DNA of 64,000 nt from the human T2T-CHM13v2.0 reference genome, Homo sapiens. The stretch lies in assembly GCF_009914755.1 (NCBI RefSeq), contig NC_060930.1, one strand, 5' to 3'. Positions within the stretch are counted from its first letter, which is position 1; every line of letters begins with the position of its first letter. Shown here in pieces: positions 44,998 through 59,900 of this stretch. A program made the translations under genes and the position numbers. The notes under the pieces were generated by a model. That model had not been told where the DNA came from and made no database searches. It saw nothing but the letters and a program-made list of their open reading frames with translations.

Positions 44998-45369
44998 AGA
45001 AAAGTTCATTTTTAAGAGTCTCCGTGAAGATTTCTTTAAGTGATCTTTGCCCATGCATCCTCTTGGAAGTGGGTGTGCCCATAGGAAGCAGCCTGGGAGA
45101 AACCACCAGCACCTTTCTTCACATGTACAATGCCCAGAGGTAAGGGCAACAGGCAGGAATTGTGGAAGTACCTGTCACCCAGGGAAGGTGAAGGGAGACG
45201 CCAAATGTGTAGGATCTCTTGAAATTCCAATTCTTGATCACCCGTCTTCTAACTGGCACTCACAACATATACGTATATTGAAACATCACACTGCATGTAC
45301 TTCATCAACACAGGCACCTAAACACAGCGTATTCTATGAAAACCCCCGTATGAAATGACTGTCTTAGAA

Positions 45370-45510
45370 CAGGGGTAGCCTTCCCCTGTGGAAGGCCAGA
45401 TGGCACGTGTTTCAGACTTTGTCAGCCCTGCTGTCTCCCTGGCACTTGCCCACTTCTGCCACTGCAGCTCAGAAGCATGGACGGTCATGAGCAAGGCCAG
45501 GGCAAGCGTG
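45370..45510 (-). mobile_element. MER58A-like fragment (hAT-Charlie)
   Basis: caggggt...ctgtggaaggccagat...tttcagactttg...ctgccactgcagctcagaagca. Confidence 0.55.
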
Positions 45511-46168
45511 ATTGTCTGGATTTACGTTGATCTCCAGGAAATCTGGGAACTTTAAAAATTAATGAGTGCTTTTTAAAAAATCATACACCTCAGACTTGGA
45601 AAGTAGAATAAAGAACATAAACGTCACCCTAATTGTGTTAGTAGCAGAAGCCTCTGGCGCTTGGTACCACATCCTCTCAGCCTGCTTCTGGTTTCTGCCA
45701 CAGCAGTGGTGGCCTGTGCCTAGTGAGGTCAGTCTCTCCTGAAGTGGTGGATCCTACTTCAGGCGCACATCTGAGCCTTGCTGCTTTCATCCAGCACCCC
45801 TGCCAGGGCCAGGAGAGCCCACTCGATTTCCAAAAGAAGCATCTGGGAGTGCACAGCGAGGGTGCGGCTGCCTTCTGTCCTCCTGAGCGGGGGCCTGCTG
45901 GAACCAGTAACTCGCCTTTTACTGGCTCTCCCTTCTTGCCCCTGACCCCTTGCTTCACTCCCTACTCCTGCCTGCTGCAGTCACCTCTCAAATGAACCAC
46001 CTGTCCTTATCTCAGGCTCTGTGGGCAAGGAAACCCAAATAGAAAACTGGAGTTCACAGACGTCTTTCTTCAAGGGAAACTGAGTACTTCAGAGAACCAG
46101 TGGAATCAGAAGTAAGTCCTTAGGGTGAGTTTACAGACACGCAAGCACATTAAATCTGGCAAAACCTA

Positions 46169-46525
<357 letters not shown>

Positions 46526-48644
46526 CTACTAATATCCACCAAAACAACTGCTAAATTTGACTACAAATAGTTTCACATATTCCTCCACTTGAGGACAATG
46601 CCCTTATATAAGGTAGGAAACAAGTATAAAGGGAGGCAAAATAACCCAGCAAGACAAACAGCAGGTCAAATCCTAAAATAGGAGCATGCTTGAGCCTTCT
46701 CAGGAAAATGGGCCAGCCTGGCACAGACCAGGGAACAGTTCCACGGCAGCATCAGGAACGCGAGGGCAAAGGCCTCACTGCAGCTCTGTCCCCACCCCGG
46801 AGTGCAAGGACGTTCATTTATAGACCTTGTCATGAAGTCACAGCCTCTTTTAAAAATCAAAAGCAACATTTGAAGGATTTCTGGAAACGGCTCTCCATTT
46901 TCTTGTCTCTTTTTATGTTGAAAACCTAGGTGGAGCCTATCATACTTGAAATCAAAACTGATTATAAATATGTAAGGTGGGCAATTCAAGAAAATTCCAA
47001 AGTATTATGACCTAAAACAAGCCTGCAATTTCTTCTGTGCAGGAAAAAGTATTTAATGAACTATTCAATAAACTGACATTTGTTGAACATCCATTTTACA
47101 GATGAGAAAATTAGAGTGCTGAGAAATTACACAGAGCTGAGATTTGAGACCAAGTCTTGCTCCAAAATACACGTCTCCAAGTGTCCCACACTGCTTCTCA
47201 TGACCCCTTCATTCAGCACGCGCTCAGTGATTCCTGCAGGGCACTGCTAGTCATCTGAGATGGACAGCAGAACTCAAGCTTATGATGTCGAGGAAAGACA
47301 GGCGAGCAGGAGTCAACAGCGGCATCGCCACCCACCTGCTCCCCTGCTGCTCCAAACACAGTTCCGGGATGAGAAGGAGCACCTGGCCACAGCTGCACAA
47401 TGGACGCCTGCCTGGAAGGTCTTTGAATGTTTATGAAATATGACCTACTGAGAGACAGAAGCCAACCATTTTTGAGAAGTACACATGCCCATCCGACAGT
47501 ATTAAACAATTCCAGATATATCGTAACATATAAAAGTGTAATTCCTCAAATTATTTGCAGAATTTTTAATTAAAATTAGATAAAGCCTTGATAGCTTTGT
47601 TTCAGATAAAGGCAAACCAGACGTAGAGGCTGTGTAAAGGCATTTGACACACAGCACTCTCAAAATGTACCCATAAGGAGATCATTGCTCATGATGGGCA
47701 CATTCTCACCTTTCTTCAAGTTAGAGTAAATTAAATTACAAAAGAAAACTGTGATGCATGTACAGGACTAAGTCCACACACAGAGTTAAGAATACAGACC
47801 AACAATCTACAAAAGTCTAGAGTAAACAACCAGTCACAGAGGGAAACCATACAAAGCAAATATAAGCTACAGTGTCCATGGCAGAGAGGGATGGTGTCCT
47901 GGACAGGCTCCAGGCTCACCTAAGGCCACTCTGCCCCCGGAGCTGCCAGCGGCAGGGCCTTCCCACTCAACCCCAGCAGCAGGAGACCCAACAGCATCGT
48001 TCTGCTTTTAGACAGGACCGAGTGAAGGCGAAACGCTCAGAGACAGGAGAGGGCAGAGGTGAATTCTTTTGGAGGTGCAGAAGTCCCATAAATGGGGAAT
48101 GGGACTACAATAGCCTTTCAAAAAATAGCTTCCCCTAAATGGAAGAAGCATTCTAATGACAATCCCCTTTTTTTTTTTAGTTCTTTTTCCAAAAATTCTT
48201 CCCTTTTATTTGCAACACATTTTCCTTTAATTTCTTGCCAAGAAAGTGGAATTGCTTGCGGACTCCAGCCATTTCCTGATATCAGCGTTTCCAGAAGCTG
48301 AACTTCCTGCAACTACAAAGAAACACCTTTCCCAGCCAAATGGATGCTCTCAGCAGCCTTTCTCTTCCTTTCCCGACTGAAGCCCCTTTGGACGTCACTT
48401 GCAGAGACTGCCTTTTCGGAAAAGACTGTCTCAGAACCCAAGGAAACAATGGCTACGTGTCTCAGCACTTGCTCTCCTGAAGGCACTATTGCAAACACTT
48501 GCTATATATTATCTCATTTAATCTTCACCACAATCTTAACGACTGTAGCAAAAGAAACAACTACAACGCAGGGGCTCGTAATTAAGCACTCTAGGTTACA
48601 GTGCCTCCTTGGTGTTTGTTTAACAAATACAGGCACACACACAT

Positions 48645-48948
48645 TTGTTTTTCTTTTTTCTTTTTTTTGAGACGGAGTCTCGCTCTGTCGCCCAGGCTGG
48701 AGTGCAGTGTGCAATCTTGGCTCACTGCAAGCTCCACCTCTCGGGTTCACGCCATTCTCCTGCCTCAGCCTCCCGAGTAGCTGGGACTATAGGCGCCCAC
48801 CACCACGCCCAGCTAATTTTTTGTATTTTTAGTAGAGACGGGGTTTCACCATATTAGCCAGGATGGTCTCGATCTCCTGACCTCGTGATCCACCCACCTC
48901 GGCCTCCCAAAGTGCTGGGATTACAGGGGTGACCCACCACGCCCGGCC
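48645..48948 (-). mobile_element. AluY
   Basis: AluY diagnostics, poly-T. Confidence 0.92.
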
Positions 48949-50615
48949 TTACATATGCATTTCTTAACACATCAGACCATCCACTGTTTCTTACTGAGAA
49001 GTCATAAAGCACAAGAAAATTACTGACACAGGCCAGCAGGATATCGATTAAAAAAAGAAAAAAAAAAGAGCAAGAGTGAATTACATCTCTTTCTATACAC
49101 GTGCCCTCTCTGAAGCTGATCTCCACCTAATAATAATGGCATTTGGAAAACGTTTAGGTCACCCCCAAACCTACTACTGAATGCCTTATTCTATCAGCCA
49201 TACGCAGTACTTTCCACCAGACTGCAACCCAGATACAAGAAGTCACAACAATTTTGAATCACAAACATTTTGCTGAAATACATTCAAAAATGGACCAACA
49301 CAAAACAAAGAAAATTCAAAAATCATACAGGAAAAAAATGGACAGATTTCCTAACGATGGCCCTCACAAAAGGAACAGAACAGTTACACAATACAGAGTG
49401 CCAAAACTCTGCACGCACAGTCAGATCGCCTGAGAAATGAAATTAAACTAGGGCAGTAATATTATTCACAAAGAATAACCTTTCACACAAAGGCATTCCG
49501 GGTGGCTTGCAAAGCCCCTGAAGGATTTAAGTGCTCCACAGAGTGAAAGGACCGTGCAGCCACCTTCTCCTCACCCATCCCCATCCTTGTCCCCATCCCA
49601 GGAGCCACTCCCAGAAAAAGAGAGCAATCGCCACCAGGGTTTTCCCCAGAACAGTCTCCTGTGAGAAAGGGGTGCCCTGCAGAAAGAGAACTAGGTGAGT
49701 GCACACTGACAGGCCCGTACCTTTCAGAGACTTGGGTGTGCTCCACGGGTTACCTGAAGAGATCTCACGAGGAGCTTGCAGCTCCAAGGAGAAGCTTGCA
49801 AGGGGAGTGAAGATGGAGGTTTAAAGGTCAGGAAAGGGTTCTCATAAAATCCAGTAACTTGGAAGGAAGTAGCAGCTAAAATAAAACCAAGCAGCGGACT
49901 AGAAGGAAATAATATTAAGTGATAAGACAAAGAAAGCTGTCACCACTAGAAGCAGAGCACAGGAAAATAAGCAGGATGATATCCAAACCAAGGGGGAAGA
50001 GTCAGTGAGGGGACAGCAAAGAGGCCCACTGAGACACTCCCAGAGACAGCATGAGCTCTAAACCCCAAGGAAAACCAGGGCGGAGGGCAAACACGGGAAT
50101 CTAAATAATTCAAGTGTCCCCATGAAGGCCCAGCCAGAGGGAAGGCTTTGTCCCTCTGGCCCTGGGCAGAAAGCTCTCCCAGGGCAGAGTTCTGGTCAGC
50201 CTAGACCCCTAGCCCCGGTATACAGCAGCTCCCACTCTGCCCTGCAAAGCTGCTGAGGAAGAGGTGCAGGGGTGCCCACTGCCCCTGCTGTCCAGTCAAC
50301 TAATCAAATCCCTGTCACAACAGAATAACTTGTAATAAATTGCTGGGGCCCCCTTTAGTGGTGTCATTAAATGTCAATGTCACTTGAGGCTACATTTGCA
50401 CTCACTGGAGAAGCGCTAGTATCTAAAGCTCATGTTTCTACAACAAGGCATCTGGTTTCTTTCTAAAAAGTAGTGATTTCTACCAGATGAAACTGGCTGG
50501 GCAGCTCTCCAGTGGTTTAAACGATAGTTCACATCTTAAGCATGAAACCATCAATTGCATCAGTCAGAAACTGTATTAAAATAGAAGTGATGCTTTCCAC
50601 GTTCAAATCTGTGCA

Positions 50616-50623
50616 TGACGTCA
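50616..50623. promoter_or_regulatory. Full palindromic CRE motif TGACGTCA
   Basis: Exact motif in unique intronic sequence; function untested. Confidence 0.4.
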
Positions 50624-50899
50624 GAAAAGAGCTGATAAGATAACCACAAGGGGTAGTGATGCGTGCAATTTTTTTAATATTCATCGTTTGACATTTTGGG
50701 ATCTTGTGTAGGAGAAGTGGGAGGCCAGAGGAAGACAGAAATCGATCAAATTTTAGGGGCTGACAAATGAAACCATGATCCCAGGAGGAAGACCATAAAA
50801 ACATGACCCCCTAATGAACACGTGAACAGCAAAGTAAGGCAATTCACCGTTAATTCAATGCCACTTCGGTACCTTCTTGCTAATTCTGAAATTTAATTT

Positions 50900-52700
<1,801 letters not shown>

Positions 52701-52885
52701 AATCTGCCTTTAAAAATTAGATATATTTAACCCTGAGAAGCAGAGTATAGTCCTAAAAAGTTATGATGACTGATTAGACAACTTCTGGTCCTGGGACACC
52801 AAGAAAATTTGAAATGTATATAACCCTGAGACACCAATACAATATGTAATTAGCACATCCAAGAAGCCATAGTAACTAAGCTCTT

Positions 52886-53123
52886 TTTTGTTGTTGTTCA
52901 TTTTGTCTTTTGAGGCAGGGTCTCCCTCTGTTGCCCAGGCTACAGTGCAATGGTGTGATCATGGCTCACTGCAGCCTCAACCTCCCGGGCTATTTTTTTT
53001 TTTTTTAGAAACAAGGTCTCACTATGTTGCCCAGGCTGATCTAGAACTCCCGGGCTCAAGCAGTGCTCCCACCTAAGCCTCCCAAAGTGCTAGGATTACC
53101 GGCAAGAGCCACCTCGCCCAGCC
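52886..53123 (-). mobile_element. AluJ with internal deletion
   Basis: Antisense AluJ features. Confidence 0.85.
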
Positions 53124-55389
53124 TTCAAGCCCTTTTGGATAACACTTTAGATGTTTATTTCAGAAGCTACTAAAACTATAATACAGAAACACAAATTACA
53201 TCCTATACAATAACTACAACTTGAATTCTATATTACCATGCTGTTTTTTCCCATTCTGCACCAGCCTCCACCCATCCCTGGACTGCAACTCTGCAGTTAC
53301 CTGTTAGTCTCTTTTTTTCCAACAGAGTAAACTGCTCTTTATGCAAAGCCGCTTCTTACACAGTACTTACCAACTTTTAAAGGGCCAAATACGCTTGTAT
53401 TTTTGTAAATAATTCATCATATTCAAACACGTCAGCCCTTCATAAGCAACACTTTCACTTTGCTGTGTAGAAATGTTTTCATCAAAGTAAAAAGCTTTTT
53501 ATCACTGCCCCAGGAAATGAAGCTGAGGCATCCAGAACGCTCTAAACACTTATCTCCCTCCTTCCCATCAACTCAGGGTGGCTGCTCCACGCCAAGCCAT
53601 GCCCCACCAGCTCGGGCATATGGACACGCTGTGTTCACAGTAGCTCAGAAGCCCTGGGTCACTGGTGCCAACTAGTGTATTTGGATTACATGAAAATATT
53701 ATAAATGAAACAAAAATGAAGTTTCAAGTCATGCCAGTGAAATTTTACAATCACATTATGTATTTCATTATTTCTTTCCCTTTAGGAAAATTAATATTTT
53801 AAAGGACGATTTCAGTCATATTCCCTCACTTAAGCACCTTCACTATTTATTCATTCATTCAACTTATTTTGCTTGGCAACATGCTCGGCACTGAGGTTAG
53901 GAAAATGAATGAAACATGCTTCCTACCCGCAAGGAACACTTTGGCTAATGGGAGACAAACACGAAAGCAGACAACTGTAAGCACCAGCAAGGATGGAAGC
54001 ACGGATGAGCGGACCATGACGAAGCCTAGGAAGATGCAGGGAAAAAGGGTTCCAGGGCACTGGTGGCAACCAAGAGGAAAGACTCCCAGTCAGGAGGATA
54101 CCATGACACAGGGCAGAAGCACCAGCCATGCGCTGAATCACACTGAGGAAGTGGAGAGAGACAGAGCAGAAAGGCCAGAGAGCTGCAGGGCCTGAGAGCT
54201 CCACAGGAGCGCAGAGGGACCTCCGTCTCCATCCCGGGGCACAGCTTTCCCCACCACACGTGTCTCTACCAGCGGCTCTCCAGAACGCCCCTCATCAGGT
54301 CTGGATCCCTCATGAGCCAGCAACTCCAGGAAAGCAAGGCACAGCTCTGATGCAGATAGAAACCAATGAGCAGGAAACATGCACTAAATATCTGCATGTC
54401 ATGGTATCTCCCCACACCGTGCCCTCTGGCACCTCCCCACGCCTTCCCCCAATGCAAAGCTGGACTCAGTGCGTAAGGAAGACCTGATCCACCGTGCCAG
54501 CTTTCTCCGTCCCTTCTCCTCTGCACAAAGCCCCCCAGCCATGAGATCCTCCTACTCTACGAGCCCTGACTTCTGGCTGCGCATCTTGAGCCTGGCGCCT
54601 CTGTCCAGGCTCTCTCCTCTCTGGAACCTTGCCCTCACTCAGCTCCACATATCAAATACTCTTCCACCCTCAAGATACCACCCCAATTGGACTCTACTGG
54701 TCAACTTGCATCAAGATGAGTATCTGAATTGTGCATACCTTTGTGTTTAGTATATTTTTTAAATGCAGAGTGTATGAACATTTACTCTGCCAGCCCTTTC
54801 TCCGATCCCCCCTGTACACCGGTACTGCATGTCTTCCTAAACTATTAATTTAATTGCATCACTTTCCTTCTAAAACGTTCCCAGTCACTCCCGTCATCCT
54901 CCTCATTGTCCTGTTCCTAGCCTCCCAGTTCCAGTCTCAGCAAGGCTGGGCCATCACCTGGCAGCCGGCCTCCCGCTCTCCCCAACCCCACCCCTGCTTC
55001 CCCAGGCCCCGCTCTCCTCCTCGGCTCACTCTCAGGTGGCCACAGTGCTGTCCAATTGAGAGAAATGGCGGTCAGAAGCTGGGGAAAGCACTGTGAATTC
55101 CATCTCCACAGCAGCCCCCATACTGGTTCCTTCCAAGGTTCCCTCTCTGAGGAAAAGGTTTCCTTCCAGTGTCCAAAGCCATCTCACGTCCCCACATTCT
55201 ACTCGCCCTGTCCTCTTTAAGGTTTGTTTCCACCCGACTTCCTATTTCATCAAGCTCCTTTTCTTCAGCAAATCAACATTCCCAAGTCAATTCTCCATGC
55301 AGAAAAAGGCAGCATCTACCTGCCCACAGCTGAGATTCAAAAGGCCCCGTCTGCCATCCTCACCACACTGGCATCAGGTATTATCCATG

Positions 55390-56810
55390 CCACTCCACCG
55401 CAATCTCCCGACCGAGGCCACGGACGACCTCCTGGCTGCTGGAACTCACCTGCTCTCTGGAGCATCTGGCTTCTTCCCTCTTGAGGCTCCGCTTCTGAAC
55501 TCCAGGCCGTGCTACCTTCCATCTCAGGATCTTGCCGGGTCACACCTCTCCAGGGTGCTCCATGGCTCTGCCTTCTTCTGTCCTATCCTCCGACTTCTGC
55601 TCACTCCCACTATTCACTCCTGGTCTCCATTCACGACTGTGGCTTCAACGACTACCTTGGTGTTGCAGAGTCCAAATCTCTCTTTCTACTCCGGCTCATA
55701 GCACAGAATTCCAGCGGGCCGTCCGTTCGCGTGTCAAACTTCAGCCAGGCACTTACATTGCACCCAGCTATGGTTGATTAACCAACTCCGTCTGTATTTC
55801 CCTCAGAGTCAAAATGTCACTGAGGCATCTATATACTGTCCTTGGGGGCATCCAATCCCATGATTTTAGATGCTGTGACTGCAGTTTCTATGCTGCAGTC
55901 TTGAACGATCCTTTGGATCAAATCCTCCCAGGCTTTGTTTATCCAACTGCCTTCCTAGCATATGCATCTCAGGCTGAACACCACCAAACGCCACGCCTGA
56001 TTCCTTGCGCACCCCACGTGCTCCTCCTCCAGGCTTCCCATCCCAATCCCAGTGAACAGCCCCACCATTTACCCAATCTTTCCAGCCAAAAACCCAGGCA
56101 TGGATTCTTGATTCCTCTCTCTCCCTTGACGTCCCCATATCCAACCCACCTGCAGGTCTTACACGCCACCTCCAAACACCTCCTGAACCACCGCGGCATT
56201 TTGCTTCTACCATCATCGCCGTGATCCAAGTTACCATTGCTCTTGTCTTGACTATGACAGTAGCATCCATGGACTCCCTGTATCCACGACATCTCCCTTC
56301 ATTCATTCACCAAACTGCAGCCAGAATGAGCTTCTGAGATCATAAACCATGGATCACCCACTGCTCAAAACCTCCCCAAAGCCTCTGCTTTCATGCGGAG
56401 TAAACTGCAGTTTTTTCCTCTGACTGACAAAGCCTTCATCCGGCCCATTTGCCACTTCACTTGCCACTGCCTCGTGGGCTCAGCTCCAGCACGGCCGTCA
56501 CCCCGATCCTCTGCCTTGTGAGCCCCCTCTGCCTAGGGTGCTTTTCCCCAGATAACTGCATGGCCGATGACACCTTGTCACTCAGAGGCCATTTCTACTG
56601 CCCCTGTGAAGAGAGACCTGCACAGAACAAGGCAAGGAGCCACACAGCTGCACAGGCCACTCTCCGTGTGCATTCGCTGTGCAGCTCTCTTGGTATTTTT
56701 TGTTTCCCTGGCTGGTTCTTGTCTGCACCACCAGAGTGTGGGCACCATACAAGCAGAGACGATCCCTACTACCAAGGAGGCTGCTTAACACATAGTAGGG
56801 GCTCAATTCT
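55390..56810 (+). mobile_element. L2 element (long fragment)
   Basis: L2 body ending cttaacacatagtaggggctcaat. Confidence 0.65.
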
Positions 56811-56872
56811 CATACTTCCCATTCTGATATCTCTTTTCTCTGGGCATGGAACTACTCCCATTCCAACCCCAA

Positions 56873-56873
56873 C

Positions 56874-56927
<54 letters not shown>
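56873..56927. repeat. (CT)n(CA)n compound microsatellite
   Basis: Directly visible. Confidence 0.95.
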
Positions 56928-56929
<2 letters not shown>

Positions 56930-59900
56930 TTCCAATCCAGAAACTAAGGAGTCAAATGTCTCCTGCCTTATCCAACCAGCCACCCGGATGTGTGACTATT
57001 AACTGCTACCTCCTGCTTGTATCTCTCCCGACCATTCATGTGCATGGCCCCATCTCTGGTCCAGCTCCTACCTCTTCTCGTGTGCCGAGGACTCTGCCAC
57101 CAAGATCAGCCCTCTCCCTGCAGTCACACAGAATCCCAGCTCCAGCACAGAGGGGATTCTTTCTACCTGTCTTCCATAGCTGTTTCTATACACTCGTCTG
57201 AGGGGTCATTGTAAAGTATCCTTAGCTTAGCCTAAGTAATCCTCTCTCCTTTCTTATCACCCGGGTCCCCAACCTACCACCTGTCCAGGCTGTTTTCCAC
57301 CCTGCAACCTCAGAAGATCCCTTTCCCTTGGCCTCAGAAGGTCCTTCCCAGGCTTCTCGCAAAGCGAAGGCACTGCCTCTTCACACCTTGTGAAACCTTT
57401 CCAGGACCTCCCAGTCAGAGGCCGTCTGGTTCTCACTGTCTGCAGAGCGCCCTACAGCCTGTCTGTGGGTGAGCGTGTCTGTGAACTCTTGTCCATCTCT
57501 TCTGTGATCTGTGTGCTCCTCGAAATAACTGATTTTGTCTCATACACCTTGGAATCCTGAGTCCATAGAACAGAGGCTCATACAAAGGAAGCTTTCAAAG
57601 AGTGCTCATCGATTTCTAGGTTTCTTGAAGACAGGCACCATGTTTTGTTCTGTTTAGATTTATTTTGGCTTTCATCTTTGAATTTCCAACACAAGTATTT
57701 GAGTACCTTCTCTATGTGTGTCAGCCACTGTTAACAGTCTCAGGGAAACAACCAAAAAAGACACTGCCCTCAGGCTCTCATGGAGCTTCCTTTCCAGAGA
57801 GGGAAAGCAGGCAATAAACTGATAAGCCAGTAAGTGAGCAAGATAATTTCAGCAAGTGGTGAGTGCTACAAAGAACACAAGAGTACTGGATACCTTCTGA
57901 TTTCCTTGCAAGATTATGAGTTCCTCTGTCACTGTGGAGTTTTCCTTTAGACAGACTTAGAGAAATGATCAGCTGGAGGAGCCTAATTTACATTTTAAAA
58001 GGAAATTAAAATGTTTTGAATTACAACTAAGAGTTTTCCTTTTAAGGGAAAATATTCGTTTTACATGAAAATTATTTTTTCTCTCAGATTGCATCAGCTA
58101 TTTCGAAACAAACAAAAATTAACAATGTATTCGTTGGTGAAATGTGCACCGCACTATGTTTAACCTGCCGTATAGTAAACAAAATCCTAATATTTGCTTG
58201 ACTGACTGTTGCACTGAGTTTTTTCCCTATTGGAGTGGAAAAAGTTTTACATGCAGAAATGATCTAAGACTAATATACTGATTGGGATAGCAGATGACAC
58301 CATCTTCTAATGTTTCTTCTGCTTCTCATTTGAATTTTCTCATGCAGGTTTCTCAAAATTAAAAGTGCAATTTCTTGAAAGTTAAGTATTAATAACTTAA
58401 AGAATCCCACCAGTTTAAACAGCTCTGCCCTTTGGCCTTAAGTCCTTTCTGATTTCCTTACCAAAAAATAGGTCACCCTTCCACGGAGGACTGTGACACT
58501 CACGTCCACACCCTGGCTCTGCCGGAAGAAGTCATGCCTTGCTTTGCTGGTCATTTTTGTAGGTGTCCATAGCTATATTTCAAGTCCTTTGGGGTACCTG
58601 TTATCATTATTTTAATCTCCCTCAAACAATTTACACTCAGTAGATACTCAACAAGTATCTGTGAGTTAGCTGTTGGCTGATTTAGACCCATTTCCACTGC
58701 TGAGTGTTGTTCTCGCATTCTTCTACAACCTCAGTCTCCCTGAGCCCACAAACAGAAGTTAATGGCGAGTCTAGTGTAGTTTGTACGTGTTAAACACATT
58801 TGCTCTTAAAAGAGATCATATTTATCTCAGTTTGTTCAAGTGTCGGCCACACAGTATCTTATGTCTCAAGAAACAGTAAGAGTGGTTACTGATGAGTGTG
58901 GAGCACATTTAAACTCCACAATTCCTGGGAGCATACACATCTCCTGTTTTGAATATTTGGCAATCAACTGTAGTCTGAAGCTATCCGCAGTCTGCATTCA
59001 CCATTTTTTTTCCCATCTTATTTTGCTAACTTTCTCAGTATCCTCCTTGACCAGCCGGGGTTTTCCTTTGTCTGTATCTCTTTATGTCATCAGAGTAGCT
59101 AACCAGGGAAACACAAACAGAGAGAGGTGCGGGCGTATTTGTGGCTTCTGACTGTTCTCCTTATCCACAGGCGTGCCTCAGAGTTCCTGATCTCTGCACG
59201 CCCTGCAGCCGTGTTACATCAGGGCAGCCACACTGATCACCTGCGCAGACAACCTATGTTATCTTTTCTAGAAGACCAAATGCCACTCACACTGGTCTGT
59301 CCCACGTGACTTCTCCGCTCTCCATTGCACAAGCAAACACTGGGCTCTCTAGGCACAAGAGTTTTTCCTACTCCGATGGCAACTTTGCTCACAAGAAAGC
59401 ATGAAGCTGGGTGCCTGAGGAGGAGGCCAGAGATCAGCAACTAGAGGCAGATGGCAGGAGATGAGGTGAAGTCAGGAATGGCCTGATAAGGGCAGAGTAA
59501 GGGCACTGGGCATGGTGGCCACTGACCCCTGGGCATTAACTTCAAACGTGCTTCTAGGGGACTCTGTCTCTATTACTGGATGGCAGAGTGGGAAGCTCCC
59601 ACAGCAGCTTCGTAGCTTCTACTAGGCTTCTTTCTTTCTTTCTGTCTCTGGGGCCTGGGTCCTGGGTCCTGGCGGTAGCTCTTACTAAGTGTTGTTTGGT
59701 GCATGAGTGAGCGAACCAGCCGGTCAGTGTGAAGAGCCAAAACGCAGAGCTAAAATGGACAGAAGCGGAGCTGGCATATCATACCCTCTACACATGATTT
59801 GCTTTCGATGGTAATAAAAATAAAACCAGCATTCATACAAACAGTAACTGGACAAAACAGCCTTTACGTGACAACTTGCATATCAGACCAACAGAAGATC

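Noticed and set aside
55093-57201. 202-aa and 250-aa plus-strand ORFs
   Set aside because: Lie in decayed L2 and microsatellite sequence, with non-ATG starts and no recognisable domain.
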